Source of the DNA: Bispira polyomma
Lineage: Eukaryota
NCBI GenBank assembly: GCA_965649765.1
Contig: OZ287756.1
Coordinates: forward strand, 7,502,001 to 7,566,000
Direction of reading: 5' to 3'
Length of the DNA: 64,000 nt
Position numbers and translations under genes: made by a program. Of the stretch, positions 12,851 to 24,990 are shown one piece after another. The stretch's first letter is position 1. Each line of letters begins with the position of its first letter. The notes under the pieces are model-generated. The model saw nothing but the letters and a program-made list of their open reading frames with translations, was not told the origin of the DNA and made no database searches.

Positions 12851-14444
12851 CTTAAACAGAAACTGCAAAAACTGCAATACATTATGTTTAGTCACAAGTT
12901 AAGTGGACCATTTTTTTATCAGAATGCTTTTTTACTCACCCAGGAAAATGGTACTAGCAATTTAAACCCTGTGATGTTGCTAACAAGCAAATAATATATT
13001 CACAGTGGCTATTTGTACAAATGAAAAAAAAAACACCCTCGTAATTTCAAAGGGAACGTTAGATGATGATATACAACGCCATTAATACTGGGAAAATTGC
13101 TGAAAATTCTAATATTATTAATGAGCAATTCATCCTATGTTTTTTGGGCATTGCAAATAGATCTTGTTGACAAGACGTGGTAAATATTGTACTTTTATAT
13201 TTCAAAGTAACTTGTTAAACGGACAGCAATTTAAAGATTGTCACTACCTTTTACTTCTAAATTCTGTAAAACGAAGCCACTATGATATTAACCCGTTCTA
13301 CACATACTCCCAGTTGTTTTGTTACTCCCAGAGCCTGTGTCTATTTGCAAGCAGTCGACACCTAAAATATATGAATGTATTTTCCTTTAGTTCCTCGTTA
13401 TTATAAATTGTAAGTACAGCAGAATCCCTTATTAAAAATATTATACATGAGGCCATTATTGAGTGCCAGAATCAGTCTGTAACCAAATATCCGAAAATTT
13501 CCTTCAGTTCCCGCCGATAGTGTTTTCTTGTGATCAATAGGATTAAACAAACTGCAGAAGAATTCATAGGTTTTCACAAGCTTGTTTTAGCTGTAAATTC
13601 TGTAAAGTGAAGCCACTATGATACCAGTCCACAGGGAAGACCCCGGATGAAGGTCAAAGTGATATGAATGAGAACAACACCAGTGTAACACCTTTGGGCA
13701 TTTATTAAAATTTCTATTATCTTACACGTAATTAGTAGGTTAAACTTCTACTAAATATTTACAATAGTAACGAGGAGTGAGCATCTTTAAGTTTAAGGTC
13801 ACCTCAATTAATTTAGCTTAACATTAAACATGAAAATGAGTTAAGTTGACTTAAGGTCACCCTATCTTGAGAGTTTTTCATTAACTTTAGACTTAATGAG
13901 ACCACTGGCTATGACCTGAGGTAGTGAAAGCAACATAAAACCAAACTAAACTAAATTTATATTTCACTTACTTGTAACTTTGTCATAATGTTCCCACGTA
14001 ATGTTTTGCCAAATCTCCAATGGTTTTATTCTGAGGGTTCGTTTCCCTCTCTTAAAGTATTCAAGTGATCTTAGGAATAATTTAAACATAAATATTTATA
14101 AACCAAAACAGTCAGTTCAAGCAAATACAGTTACTTTAAACAAACACAGTTACTTAAAACAAAACATTTTAAACACACTTAACCCATGTGGCAGAAAAAT
14201 GTCCTCACTGGCCTTCACCTGGTCACTGAGGAATGAGGACAGCTTTTAGCATCAGTGAAGGTTACCATAATAATTATAATAATAATTACCATGTAATTTT
14301 AACAAAAATTATACGCGAGAGCATGAAATTTCAGCAGGATTAGGCAAAACTACTAAATAGATTCACAAGAAAATTTATTAGTAGTGGGATAGGATATGGT
14401 CTAAGGAATATGGTCTAAGGAATTTGAATTTAGGTAATAACAAC

Positions 14445-14622
14445 AGCTTTAGGTAATATCACGATGGCCAGATTTAATGGTGGAAGAAACCGGTGCTGAA
14501 GCCACTGTAAACCACCTACCTACGGCAACTACCTGCAAGTAACTTTCTCACATAAAGGAACAAACAGGATTCAAACCCACATTGGTGACAGCCCAATACT
14601 GCTAACCATTAGGCCACCGCGG
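14445..14622 (-). mobile_element. tRNA-derived SINE, second subfamily (other fragments ~3600-3775, 15610-15730, 28000-28095, 30200-30410, 46572-46635)
   Basis: Minus strand GCCGCGGTGGCCTAATGGTTAG (A box), GTGGGTTTGAATCC (B box-like), then the shared body TTCCTTTATGTGAGAAAG...GTGGTTTACAGT...TTTCTTCCACCATT. Confidence 0.75.
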
Positions 14623-15311
14623 CACTGCATGGGCAAAGGAAGAATCGGTTACAGTCGGTAGAATACCTGGTATTGCAAGGGTGGATTCAGGAATTGTTTT
14701 CCTTAATTTGTTATTGTGGCACCCAGGTGGAGTTAACACTCTATTGTGCGCCCCTGTAGCTCTTACTAAAATTCATATGTTCAGTATATCTTTACCAGAA
14801 TACATATCTTATTTACTGTGAACTTCCTTCAATGACCCAGAAATAGATAATAATATATATTCTTCTATGAGCTACATTAATAACCTCGAAGTCACGATAC
14901 TCTTCTTCTAAGTGGACCAGATACTATACCCTATTTGAATATAGTGAACTAGATATGTGTGGCAAACATTTGCCTGTGTGAAAAAGGGAAGTCCATATTT
15001 GGCAGGTGAGTTCTTAGTCATAGCCATGTGCTATTATGTACATTAATGTGTGATTTATCAACCACGCTTTAAAGGTAATATATTATGTGTATATGTATAA
15101 TGCCAGGATACTTTTCTTACCGTTTGTAATTACATTTTGTTATTTGTCGTAGTTTTTTTTTTCTGTATCAGGAATCATTGTTCCAGAACAACACAATTCA
15201 GTATACCCCATGGTTGTGTATTGTGATATAACAACACTGATAGTATACAGAGACTACTGACTAAAATACAACATTAAAATACCATTGGATATTAAAAGAT
15301 ACCTGCTATCA

Positions 15312-15428
15312 TGTATTCGGTGTGTGTGATTTTGTAAGCTTCTTAAAAAAAAAAAAACAGAATTGTCGAATCGTGTATTCGGTGTGTGTGATTTTGTAAG
15401 CTTTAAAAAAAACAACAACAGAATTGTC
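15312..15428. repeat. Tandem duplication, 2 x ~60 bp
   Basis: TGTATTCGGTGTGTGTGATTTTGTAAGCTT...CAGAATTGTC occurs twice. Confidence 0.9.
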
Positions 15429-16243
15429 TATTTTTAGAGTTATGGTGGGAGATCAGTTCACGCCCGGGTACCAATCGACGCCCACCCAGATTGAAACAGA
15501 TAAATCTTTATGGGAACATCCATTTCTAACAGGTTTTTTTTTGTTGTTGTAATTTAAACATATTGTTGATTTGACACAATCATTGCGTGTGCTTGGTTCC
15601 TTGTTAAAACAATAGTGGAAGAAATCAGTGATGAAGCTACTGTAAACCACCTACCTACGGCAACTACCTGCAAGAAACTTTCTCACATAAAGGAACAAAC
15701 AGGATTCAAAGACACAGTGGTGAGAGCCCAATGTGTTAAAAGAAAGATATTTACAAGGTGGCCGTCAATTCGTACCCGGGCGTAGACTGGTCTCTCATCA
15801 CTATATATTTAATATCATTTGATGTAATCAATGTAATCATTGTGCAGGCAATAGAATTATTGCATAAAAAGAAGTAACCAAAAATTTTTACAAAGCAATT
15901 TAATTTGTGTTTCTCTGGATTACCTTATATACTGTTTGTCCTAGAAATTATGGTCACCCCTATTTTCTAACACAAATTTCATGATTCCAAGACAGTTTGC
16001 TATGGCAGATCAAAGTAGATATCACGGGTGACCATAATTGGCCATAATTGGCCAATCAGTAATACTCTTAATTATATGCACACAAAGCAGGAAGCGACAT
16101 AATGTAAGACGTTTATGGAGAAAACCCCTATGATTTAATATTTTAAACATGCACAAGACAATCATACTGAAACACAAAAGGGATTTTAGTATGTTCACAT
16201 TCAAGATTACTCTCTGCACGATTGTGACGGATACTGTGTGAGG

Positions 16244-16316
16244 ATGGACTTTAAGCGCTGGATAATATGTCTGTGTACTTACTTGTCAAGGCACTGTGGC
16301 ATCACCGGAAGTACTG
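16244..16316 (+). CDS. Receptor exon 1 (MDFKRWIICLCTYLSRHCGITGST; signal-peptide-like)
   Basis: ATG in GAGGATGG context; strong donor G|GTGAGT; phase 1 fits exon 2. The hydrophobic core is short, so this is the least certain exon. Confidence 0.72.
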
Positions 16317-19300
16317 GTGAGTTGTTCTCTGTTCATGCTTTAGTGATGTCATGGTATGTACTTCAGATACAGATACATGTCTACTTTCAGGTTTTTTTTG
16401 GGTGTGTGTTATAAAGGTATTTCTGTATACAGATGAGTTAATAAATTGTATAATACAGAAATCAGAGTTGATAAAAACATTTTAAGATTATAAAGTGATC
16501 CCTGCCTAATATATAACATATTTTCGCAACTTTTAATCACAAGTTATATTATTTTTAAATTTGATCAAAGGAACATCTACACCATACAATATATATAACA
16601 TAACATTCCACAATAATACACATGTGTTTGTTATCAGTAACCACAAATAGTTGTCTTTTAACACAGACATCGGCACACAGTATGACTGACACCCTTCAGT
16701 TTCGCGGGGTCGATTGCTTCAAGTCAATCCATGAAGGCCTTACATATTATTTTCCAACAGGGGGCCGCGGTGGCCTAGTGGTTAGCAAACATTGCGCTTC
16801 ACAATCACTGGTCTCTCACCTCTGGGCGGCGTGAGTTCAAATCCCGTCGATGCCTATGTGGGAAAGGTGGTAGTTCCTTACTGTGGGCCGCGGGTTTCAG
16901 TGCAGAGCCTTGATCAAGTGTATGCAGTGTTTCCTCCGGCGTTTCCAACTACCTGTCCCAATATAACCTGAACAGGTACTAGAGTGGACATTAAATATCC
17001 AAATTTAAATTCAAATTATTTTCCAACATGGTGGCAATATCAGGCTATGTCTGATAATGGTCTAATAATATAAATCCAACACCTCTCAGTTTGGCATGAA
17101 CCATATATGAAGTATGATATGTCTCAATGGGACGTTAAGCTTTAAACATTGCTAAATAAACCTTAATTGTCACATTTGGGGTGATAGCTACACTTTAATA
17201 TTTGTTACATTTGTGGTTTATGGATTTACTACATTTGTGGTTATTACTTTTGTGGTTTCATAATTTGTTACATTTGTGGCTATAACCATTTTGAGATTAC
17301 TTCATTTGTTGTCGGACATTGCTACATATGTGGTTATTATTTTGTAGCAATCCTGGTGACAAACAATTAAGCAAACCTACAAACCAACAGATATGGTTAA
17401 AAAGAATATCTCCCTGGTAGAGGTATTTACTGGTTAAACCTTATACATACAACATACTTTCCACCGAATGTTGTAATAAGTCTAATGTATTTCTATTGTA
17501 GATGTTTCTCTGGCAAATGTGGAAGAAACAAGATCCTTTTGTGAAGGCAGTCTGGAGGATACAGCTCTGGTTTGTATAACCTTCTCAGTGAAGTGTGACA
17601 GCTTTGATGAAGAATGTATGAGAAAAATTAGACAAGATGCTGAATGGGAATCATGTCGTAGAAATAAGGTAAAGTGCACTATCTGCCATTGTCTTCTAGG
17701 AGGTAACAAGGAGCAATTGGTCTGGGTTTGAACTTTCTCATCCTCAGACCAACACCCTAACTACTGTGCTGTTATTTTTTTATTTCTACACTTCCAAATT
17801 CAACTCCCTCACAATATTGATCATGTCACTAATATAGAAACGTAGTCCTTAAACAAGGGATACATCCGGAGTGTAACCCTGAATAAGATGTAGTGTTGCG
17901 AGTAGTCTGCAACATATCAGTTTGAAAGGGTTTAATATACTTACACCAAAAACAACATTTGCTTGTTATAGGTTTGCCAAACACAGATCAAAGTAAAAAA
18001 GGGGGAAAAATTAGATCCATACAAGTCTGGCTGTGAAAAGGATTGTGAAAAAAAAGTTGACGATAACAACCCTGCTAGCTTTGACTGTACCGTGACAAAT
18101 GCACTGGCAAGGGGTGGGCAGGAAGAGTTGGAATGTTACCGCTGTGATCGAGGGCTTTCATTTACAGACCTCTGTAATGGTCTGTATATCAATACAAAAA
18201 GACGCTTGCTTATTTGTGGTCTCCCATAGTCTAGTGAGGAGCCTCAGTGTTGCAATGCAGCCCTTTCATAGCTGTCTTCTGGGTAGATCTGTTGATGTTA
18301 ATTATTTTCCATTTCATTGTTTATGCTATTTTGGATTTTGAATATTGTTTCATGTAGCGCCTTAGAGTTTAATATAATTAAAAATAAGCACTGACATTTA
18401 TTTTTGATATTGATAACAATAGCGATAACATGGTGGTTGATGAAACCGATCACCAATTTCCCTATCCCTGTTTCCTCCACTAGTGAACTGTTAAATGCGA
18501 AGTTAAATCTAAATTAACTATACCATGGCATAGTAGTGAGGGAGTTAATAGTAGGAGATAAAATCCTGGACGAGTGAATACATAACTAGTGATGTAGGAC
18601 CTGTTCCTTTTCTGAGAACATTAACCCTCGGAGATACATTCATCAATCTGTCCCTATATATGTTTTAAATTTGATGAAGAAATTTGAATTTTTATGTCAA
18701 ATATTTCTATATTTATTTTAAAAAAAGTATCCTTATTTTCTGCATAAAAGATAATCAGTATAGTAATAACAAATGCTTTTGTTGAGTAATGCTAGCTATT
18801 TTTAAATGTGTTTTTACTTTTGTCATCACATAACAGCTAACTTAAGCTTATTTACTATTTGTCATCACAAAACAGCTAACTTAAGCTTATTTACTATATT
18901 CTAAGATGTTTACTGATTCTCAAGTGTTTATTTATTACATGACATTTTTGTAAACATTTAGTATAAAGTGTGATTTAACTTTTTATCCAATTCTGTCTTG
19001 TTACTTTTCCTTTTAGGACAAACCAAGTTTTAGATCATGTCATTTGCATAACTTAATTTTCCCTGTAATGAGATAATTATATTATAAAAATATGACAATC
19101 AAGTTGTAATTAACCTTTGTAAATAAATGATTGATCTCGTTATAACAACATATACTCACAACATTTCACTTATGATTGTTCACTTCCCATTTTTCCCCCA
19201 AAATATAAATTTTAATACATTTTCATGAAAATTGCAGAAAATGTGCTTTGTTAAATTGTTTATTGGGAATGATGCGTCCCTTTGCCCTTTTATAAGCCAC

Positions 19301-22213
19301 TCTGGTATAAATATAAGGTTTATCTTCAGAAAAATTGGAGATGTTTTCTATTATTTTAATAGAAACATAAGGTTTTGGGCCCTAAAAATTCTTAACAAAC
19401 TGAGATTTAAATTTTTTTAGAACGGTGACCCCCTGTTTTTTCCTCATATTTAGTTACAGTATGTAATTTACCACAAGTACCTTTTTATAAAAAATTTTCT
19501 TCCCAAAACAGGCTTTTCCATTGAAATCAACATTTAAATAAATACCATATTCAAAGCTTTATAGGTTTCCAAAGAGCCTGGTAGTTTTTTGATATTTTTG
19601 TTCAGCACATTCTTCAAGCTTTTCATAATTTTTTTAAGGGGAAAATCTGTGGTGTAAAACAAATGTGATCAAACAACCTTAATCTTTGTATAACATCCGT
19701 CACCTTTTGCAATAGTTTGATAATTTATTTCATTACCAACTTCTACAGACTCCACAAGTGCAGCCACCACCTCCGAACAGTTTACAACTACACCAACAAA
19801 ACAGGGATCAACATTAACAGCCTCTTCTCCCACATCTTCAGTAAGTCCCCCAAAACACTCACCTACTGCATCTATAAAAGCGGGATCAACATCCAAAGAC
19901 CCACACGTCACAGATACTTACATCACTGCAACATCACTTATATCTGCTTCAGTGGGAACTGTTACCTCACAAACAACGGAGCCATCTACTTCAATCAGTA
20001 CATCTGCAGAAACTTCCACATACACCGGTGATGGTAGAGAGAGCAGTCTCCAATCAGGGGACATGGGTATAAACCTGAAGCTGGTAGTACCGGTTATAGG
20101 TAGGTATGATGCAGAGTGTTTCTTTCTAAAGGTCATTGCAGTTTGAAGTCCTAGTTTGTCACGGTGTTCCAATCAAAAATAAGACTTTCATACTGTATCA
20201 TAAATTGTGGATGGCATTCTGATGATCTAGACCGATCCAGCTTTTAGTAGAAAAATTTTGGACTTTGCAAAAAACTTTTGTTGATCTACAATGGCTGAAT
20301 CTTGTCCTTGATTTACCATTAAACATGGTACTACTACTGTTCAACCCCCTAAGTCCCTCATTCCTTATGCTACCACCATAAGTCCACCATCGCTACTCCC
20401 TTAATGATTGTCTCCAGGGTTAAAATTGGCCGTCAGCTGCACTGTAGAATTAATATTTCCTTTTTGCTTTCTTTTTGGGGTCATTATTGGGGCCAAATAT
20501 AGTCTAAGATATTGTGTGTCATATGTATTGGTTTGGTTTCTGGTTTCTTCTACCATTGAATCTGGTTGTTGTGATATGACATAAGTTATTGAAAATGATG
20601 TAAATCCCAACTAAACTCATATAAAATCAGGATTCATCTCATGAACAATTCAGTATGAAGGTGACTTGTGAGGTTGGTCTTGTGATCAGATGGTCCCCTC
20701 GGTTAGACTCCTACTAATGCTGCTATTAGGCTCATTGGTGGGATTAACATCCTTGGGCCAGATGTGAACACACCAAATGCCTAAGGATGGTGATTTAGGC
20801 TTTGTTGTTGTAGGACTATCCCTTGTGAGGAACGATTGCTGTAGAGGATGATATATCAATAGAGTGCTATACAAATGCTCCAATAATAATAATTGTACAG
20901 CTAAATGTAAGGTAAATGCTGTATAGAGTGGATACTTTTTCATATGTCTCTATGATTTTTCTGTTTGCAGTGACTTGTCTCCTGGTTGGTTCCATTATCT
21001 TGGCTATCCTGCTTATATACTGGAAAAGGTAACTAATATAAGTAGAGATTCATTGGAAAGAGTACACATATGGCATTACATTTCAAAATATTTTGACCTC
21101 AAGTTAATTTTTACAATGTCGTCAGCTCAAAACATTGATACACAACACTGCCAGAAACAGTGACAGTTTCACTTTGGAAACTCTGATATCAGTAATTGTG
21201 ACCCATATTTGTGTACTCATCAGTACAATTTGAAAATTAGTGACCATGTGAACAATATATTTGACCTAATTATTAAAAGTCTGCACTTTTTATATCTTCT
21301 GTATCTTATCAAGGAAATTTTGCCTGGTTCATTTGTTGTTTTCAGAATTACAAAATATATTAACAACTGATTTGCAAATTATTTAGTGGTCCTAGAGAGA
21401 ATACAATCAAATTTTAAGATAAAACCAGGTAGATTTAAAAAAAATGTATTACCTGGAAATATATGTTTAATTGTTAAATTTGGTACATTAAGAAGGTCAT
21501 ATATGCTTGTAAATTACAAAGACCCTATTAAGACTAAAAAATGTATATTAAATGTATAGCATATATTAATGTATACTTTATTTCTGAAATATAACTGGTA
21601 TATACTTTTTTAATGTCTCAAAAACAAATTTTATTGTTTATCTTTTTTAAAATTATATTTTAAATTTATTACAAATTTCTGCAGAGGCATGCACTATGTT
21701 ATTCTATTTGTCTTATATTTTTATGCTTCCAGAAAGAAAAAGAATGTGCAAACAAAAGATTCCCAAGCCCATCCATCTCCTGACCATAATGTTAACAGTC
21801 CCACCATTGCTAAAACAAGTGATCCAACTAACATCACAGAACAGTACGTAGGACTGGACCATTCCACTATGCATATTGACGGGCATCCACAATGTCAGCC
21901 ATATGAAACACTGCAGTCAGCGACATACGAGTCTTGTGAACCTGGTACAGAAAAAAATGGCTGTCGATTTGTACAGAACCCTGAATATGAAAGCTTTGAT
22001 GATGATGCAAAGGATACAAGTGATACCCTGTATTTTAGGGAAACTCAAGGCACTGAAGCAAAGAACTGCGGCAATTATGGAGAAATCACTGGAGGTACAC
22101 AGGACACTAACACAAGTGCTAACATTCCCAAAGACAATGTTCATGAGGAGGTGGAATATCTGGAGCTCTTGCAAGAAGATGATAAACTTACAACAACAAA
22201 ACATGGAACTTGA
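16244..22213 (+). CDS. Six-exon type I membrane receptor, 445 aa: signal peptide-like leader, 12-Cys three-finger(Ly6/uPAR)-like ectodomain, mucin stalk, TM, tyrosine-motif tail. Exons 16244-16316, 17502-17668, 17972-18179, 19749-20099, 20971-21028, 21733-22213
   Basis: All five introns are GT-AG with compatible phases (1,0,1,1,2). Exon lengths sum to 1338 nt (446 codons) with no internal stop. Domain order is coherent, and exon 2-4 splice sites recur in the paralogous copies. Confidence 0.88.
16760..17014 (+). mobile_element. tRNA-derived SINE in receptor intron 1, young insertion
   Basis: A box TGGCCTAGTGG (16771), B box GTTCAAATC (16835), perfect 14-bp TSD ATTATTTTCCAACA (16746-16759 and 17015-17028). 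Confidence 0.95.
17168..17345. repeat. Degenerate minisatellite (TACATTTGTGGTT-like)
   Basis: About 8 imperfect copies of ACATTTGTGGTT with variable spacing. Confidence 0.8.
17502..17668 (+). CDS. Receptor exon 2 (Cys-rich domain, Cys 1-5)
   Basis: ttctattgtag| ... AAG|gtaaag; reads DVSLANVEETRSFCEGSLEDTALVCITFSVKCDSFDEECMRKIRQDAEWESCRRNK. Confidence 0.9.
17972..18179 (+). CDS. Receptor exon 3 (Cys 6-12, SGC and DLCN motifs)
   Basis: cttgttatag| VCQTQIKVKKGEKLDPYKSGCEKDCEKKVDDNNPASFDCTVTNALARGGQEELECYRCDRGLSFTDLCN G|gtctgt. Paralogs have G|gtatgt at the same position. Confidence 0.9.
18818..18896. repeat. Tandem duplication, 2 x 39 bp
   Basis: TTTGTCATCACAWAACAGCTAACTTAAGCTTATTTACTA occurs twice. 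Confidence 0.9.
19174..19678. mobile_element. Kolobok-like MITE in receptor intron 3 (inverted copy of 9926-10490)
   Basis: Internal sequence is the reverse complement of 9926-10490 (CCCAAAACAGGCTTTTCCATTGAAA, AAACATAAGGTTTTGGG); ends AACAACC|TTAA. Confidence 0.8.
19749..20099 (+). CDS. Receptor exon 4 (Ser/Thr/Pro-rich mucin-like stalk and start of TM)
   Basis: cttctacag| DSTSAATTSEQFTTTPTK...GINLKLVVPVI G|gtaggt; 351 nt, open frame. Confidence 0.9.
20971..21028 (+). CDS. Receptor exon 5 (transmembrane helix)
   Basis: tttttctgtttgcag| VTCLLVGSIILAILLIYWKR |gtaact; followed after splicing by the basic stop-transfer KRKKK. Confidence 0.9.
21733..22213 (+). CDS. Receptor exon 6 (cytoplasmic tail with YVGL, YETL, YESC, NPEYESF, YFRE, YGEI, VEYLEL)
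   Basis: ttttatgcttccag| in phase 2; same frame as track ORF 21689-22213; TGA at 22211-22213. Confidence 0.9.
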
Positions 22214-24703
22214 GAGCTATTTTACATGGCATGTGGTATAGTACTTTTGTTGTTGTGTAAACATTTGAAGAGACTTGCTTCTGCTGGAATATGATTCCTG
22301 GATCTTGCAGATTTTGAGATTAAAGCTTGAGATTAAAGAGGAGACCCCGCAAACATTAGTGTTTAAGGCATTGATAGACACTACTATGATGTGTCTCTTC
22401 CACAAAAGCCTGTCCTCAGGTCTTATACTATTACATCAATATTCAACTTGCTTGGCTGAGAGATGGGGGGGGGGGGGGGGTAATGAGATCCCTGGATCTT
22501 GCTGGTCTTGAGATTAATAGTTGCTCACTTAACAGTTGAGCTAAAGGGGAGACCCTGAGTGTTTAATGCTTTGATATACCCTAATATTACAGTGACCACA
22601 TTTGGGTATATACAGTTAGAGTTTCCTCTAGATATTCGGCGATTGCCTTGAATCAGAGATTCTGGTTTGACATATGAAGACCATTTTTTTTACATATATA
22701 TTTATATAGTTATTTCTTTGTTCTATTGCAATACCTGGAATAGACAAATATGAATTTGAATTTAAAATTGCATGGTACAGTGGAATCTTTATTATATAAA
22801 CAATTTGCGAGAGCCAGACTATTTTCACATAAAATAATGATCATAAAATAGAATAGGCATTATATTACAAAACAAAAGGAAACATAAATGTGGGAGTTAA
22901 AAAAATCAAGTCTTCGGACAAGTTTGTATAATAGAGGTTCTACTGTACATATCTAGTTTTCAAATTGAAAGCTATGTTATACTTTTGCCTTATGTTTATC
23001 TGTGATGTATGTAACTATTTAAGCATAATATACGTTTCCTATATCAATAAAAAATTGTCTCATTGCTATAGCATCATTATCCATATAATATAAAGGAGTG
23101 TTGTCTTACTGCATGTGGTCACTTTTATATGAAGACTGATAATAACTTTTATTTAGTTTGGCTTTGACTAGTAAAGCTGAAACCTTTTCAGTAGTTTCTG
23201 ATATAGTTTAGATATTAGTTTAGTTAGTTTATCATCGCTTACAACATATGTTGTGTGATTTTACGACTTGCAGTTCACTAATGAAGAAATGACAGGGCAG
23301 TTGGTCAATGTTTTCAGCTCTAAGCAAACCATCTGCATTTACCAAGTGTACGTGCCAGGACTGAGAAATTCAAACCCATGGCAGCAGGTGGTGAAGGTGA
23401 GTGTAATATTTCTACTGCAACACTAAGGCCCCAGCTGTTGATACAAAATTAAGACCTCCTTACATGTGTTCATAGTTTTTTTTAATTCTTTTATTGGTAA
23501 AGATGTCATTTTAAAATAGAATAGGGCCTTGCTCAGTATATTCAGGCATTCAGACAGTTGAACCCTTTTGCCACCAATTAAGTGGCACTCCACAAAAAAC
23601 GAATACATTTATTTGGCAAAATGTCTCCACTTGTCCAGATAAGTTATACAGATGGAAAAGATGGAAATCAACTATTACTGGCAATAAGGTACAGTACTGG
23701 TACGGAAATACTCGTAAACAGTTAAAAACACACAACTACTGGGGAAAGATAAGATCCAGTAATGTTTTGGCAATACTCAAAAATGAGCCAAAGGATTTTT
23801 CTGCATTTTTCCGTCTCGACAAGGCAGAACTTTTGCCCCTACCCTCGAACCGCCGACAAGGTTTTGGAAGGAAGCTGAAGTTATGGGAAGTTCGAAATAG
23901 GTTTCCCCACATTACAAAGCAGTTTTCAAAACGTCTCTTACTGCCTCTACAGTTATAGTGTGAACCCCAAATAAAAGAAACTTTTATTGATTTGATACAT
24001 GATACATATTTTTTACAGTAAAATCATGTTATGTAACCAAACCTAATGAATCCTATGTATGCTAGAATTTTCTGAAAAAAAAAATGAAATTAAAGATAGA
24101 AAATATCTAGAATGGTCCCATATATAAATATGATTTCCGAATGACTACATTATAATTATGGTTGTGGCTTTGAGCTGAAAGAGTACCTAGTACAACTGTA
24201 CATTCTTGTGTTGAAATGTGGTATAAGCCATTATGTAAAAATTGAATTGTAAAAACAATGGTACAATTAGATTTGTACAGTTAACACATTGTATTATGTA
24301 ACCTGTAAAAATATATTATTATTTCGTTAATGTTAAGAAGTATAAACACAATTAAATAATAACCTTTTTCACCATAGATAGTTATCACAGTTGTGAATGT
24401 TACCAGCCATCAGTGTTATAAATGGTATATCAATCATATGTATTTTGGCACACAAGTCCTATGGGCAGGGAGTTACTGTAATAATAACAATCTTTATTCT
24501 CATGTACCTGAAACATGATACAGAAAGGTTATACCATCAAAGATGTAACTTTTTATATTTATGTTTGATAAACTATATTTAAACTAATCTTCTACAATGG
24601 ATCTATCGTTACACTGGAGTCCGGGTTCGATACCCAAATACACATTAAAATCTTTGCAAGATGACGACTAAATTTTACATAATTTTTACATTACATGTGC
24701 AGT

Positions 24704-24759
24704 TTATCGTAAGTATGGTGGTAAGTATCCTCGCCTGTCACGTGGGAGACCAGTGTTCT
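24704..24759 (+). pseudogene. Truncated tRNA-Asp(GTC)-derived sequence
   Basis: TCGTAAGTATGGTGGTAAGTATCCTCGCCTGTCACGTGGGAGACCAGTGTTC follows the eukaryotic tRNA-Asp consensus; anticodon GTC at 24737-24739; the 3' T-stem and acceptor strand are missing. Confidence 0.75.
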
Positions 24760-24990
24760 ATTAAAAGTACAATATATTTACCATTTGGTGAAAATTACCA
24801 GTTGGGTCAAGATTCAATATTAGTTTTAAATCTTAGTGTCAAGTCATGTAAACACATGACCGATTAGTCTGATACAACAGGTGCATAGTTATTATAATAT
24901 GAAGTATACCACAGTATAGTAGTCACATTTCATTGTTAATATGTCCACTGGATTAACTCATCTAATCTGAGCTTAGTTCATACAAAAAAA

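Noticed and set aside
16760-16850. Functional tRNA gene
   Set aside because: It has A/B boxes but no proper cloverleaf; it continues into a SINE body with a TSD and has multiple copies.
21689-21732. Track ORF start MHYVILFVLYFYAS as a signal peptide of a standalone 174-aa protein
   Set aside because: This stretch is the polypyrimidine tract of intron 5; the phase-2 acceptor at 21732 links the exon to the TM exon.
17502-22213. TGF-beta/activin receptor kinase call
   Set aside because: The ectodomain ends in CN, but the tail has no GS box or kinase motifs and terminates at 22213.
23640-23960. Coding-like stretch, possibly a DNA-transposon remnant (DPVMFW)
   Set aside because: A single weak motif with stops and no TIRs identified.
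24600-24640. tRNA-Val(TAC)-like 3' half
   Set aside because: Only a B-box-like GGGTTCGATACCC is convincing; too short to assign.
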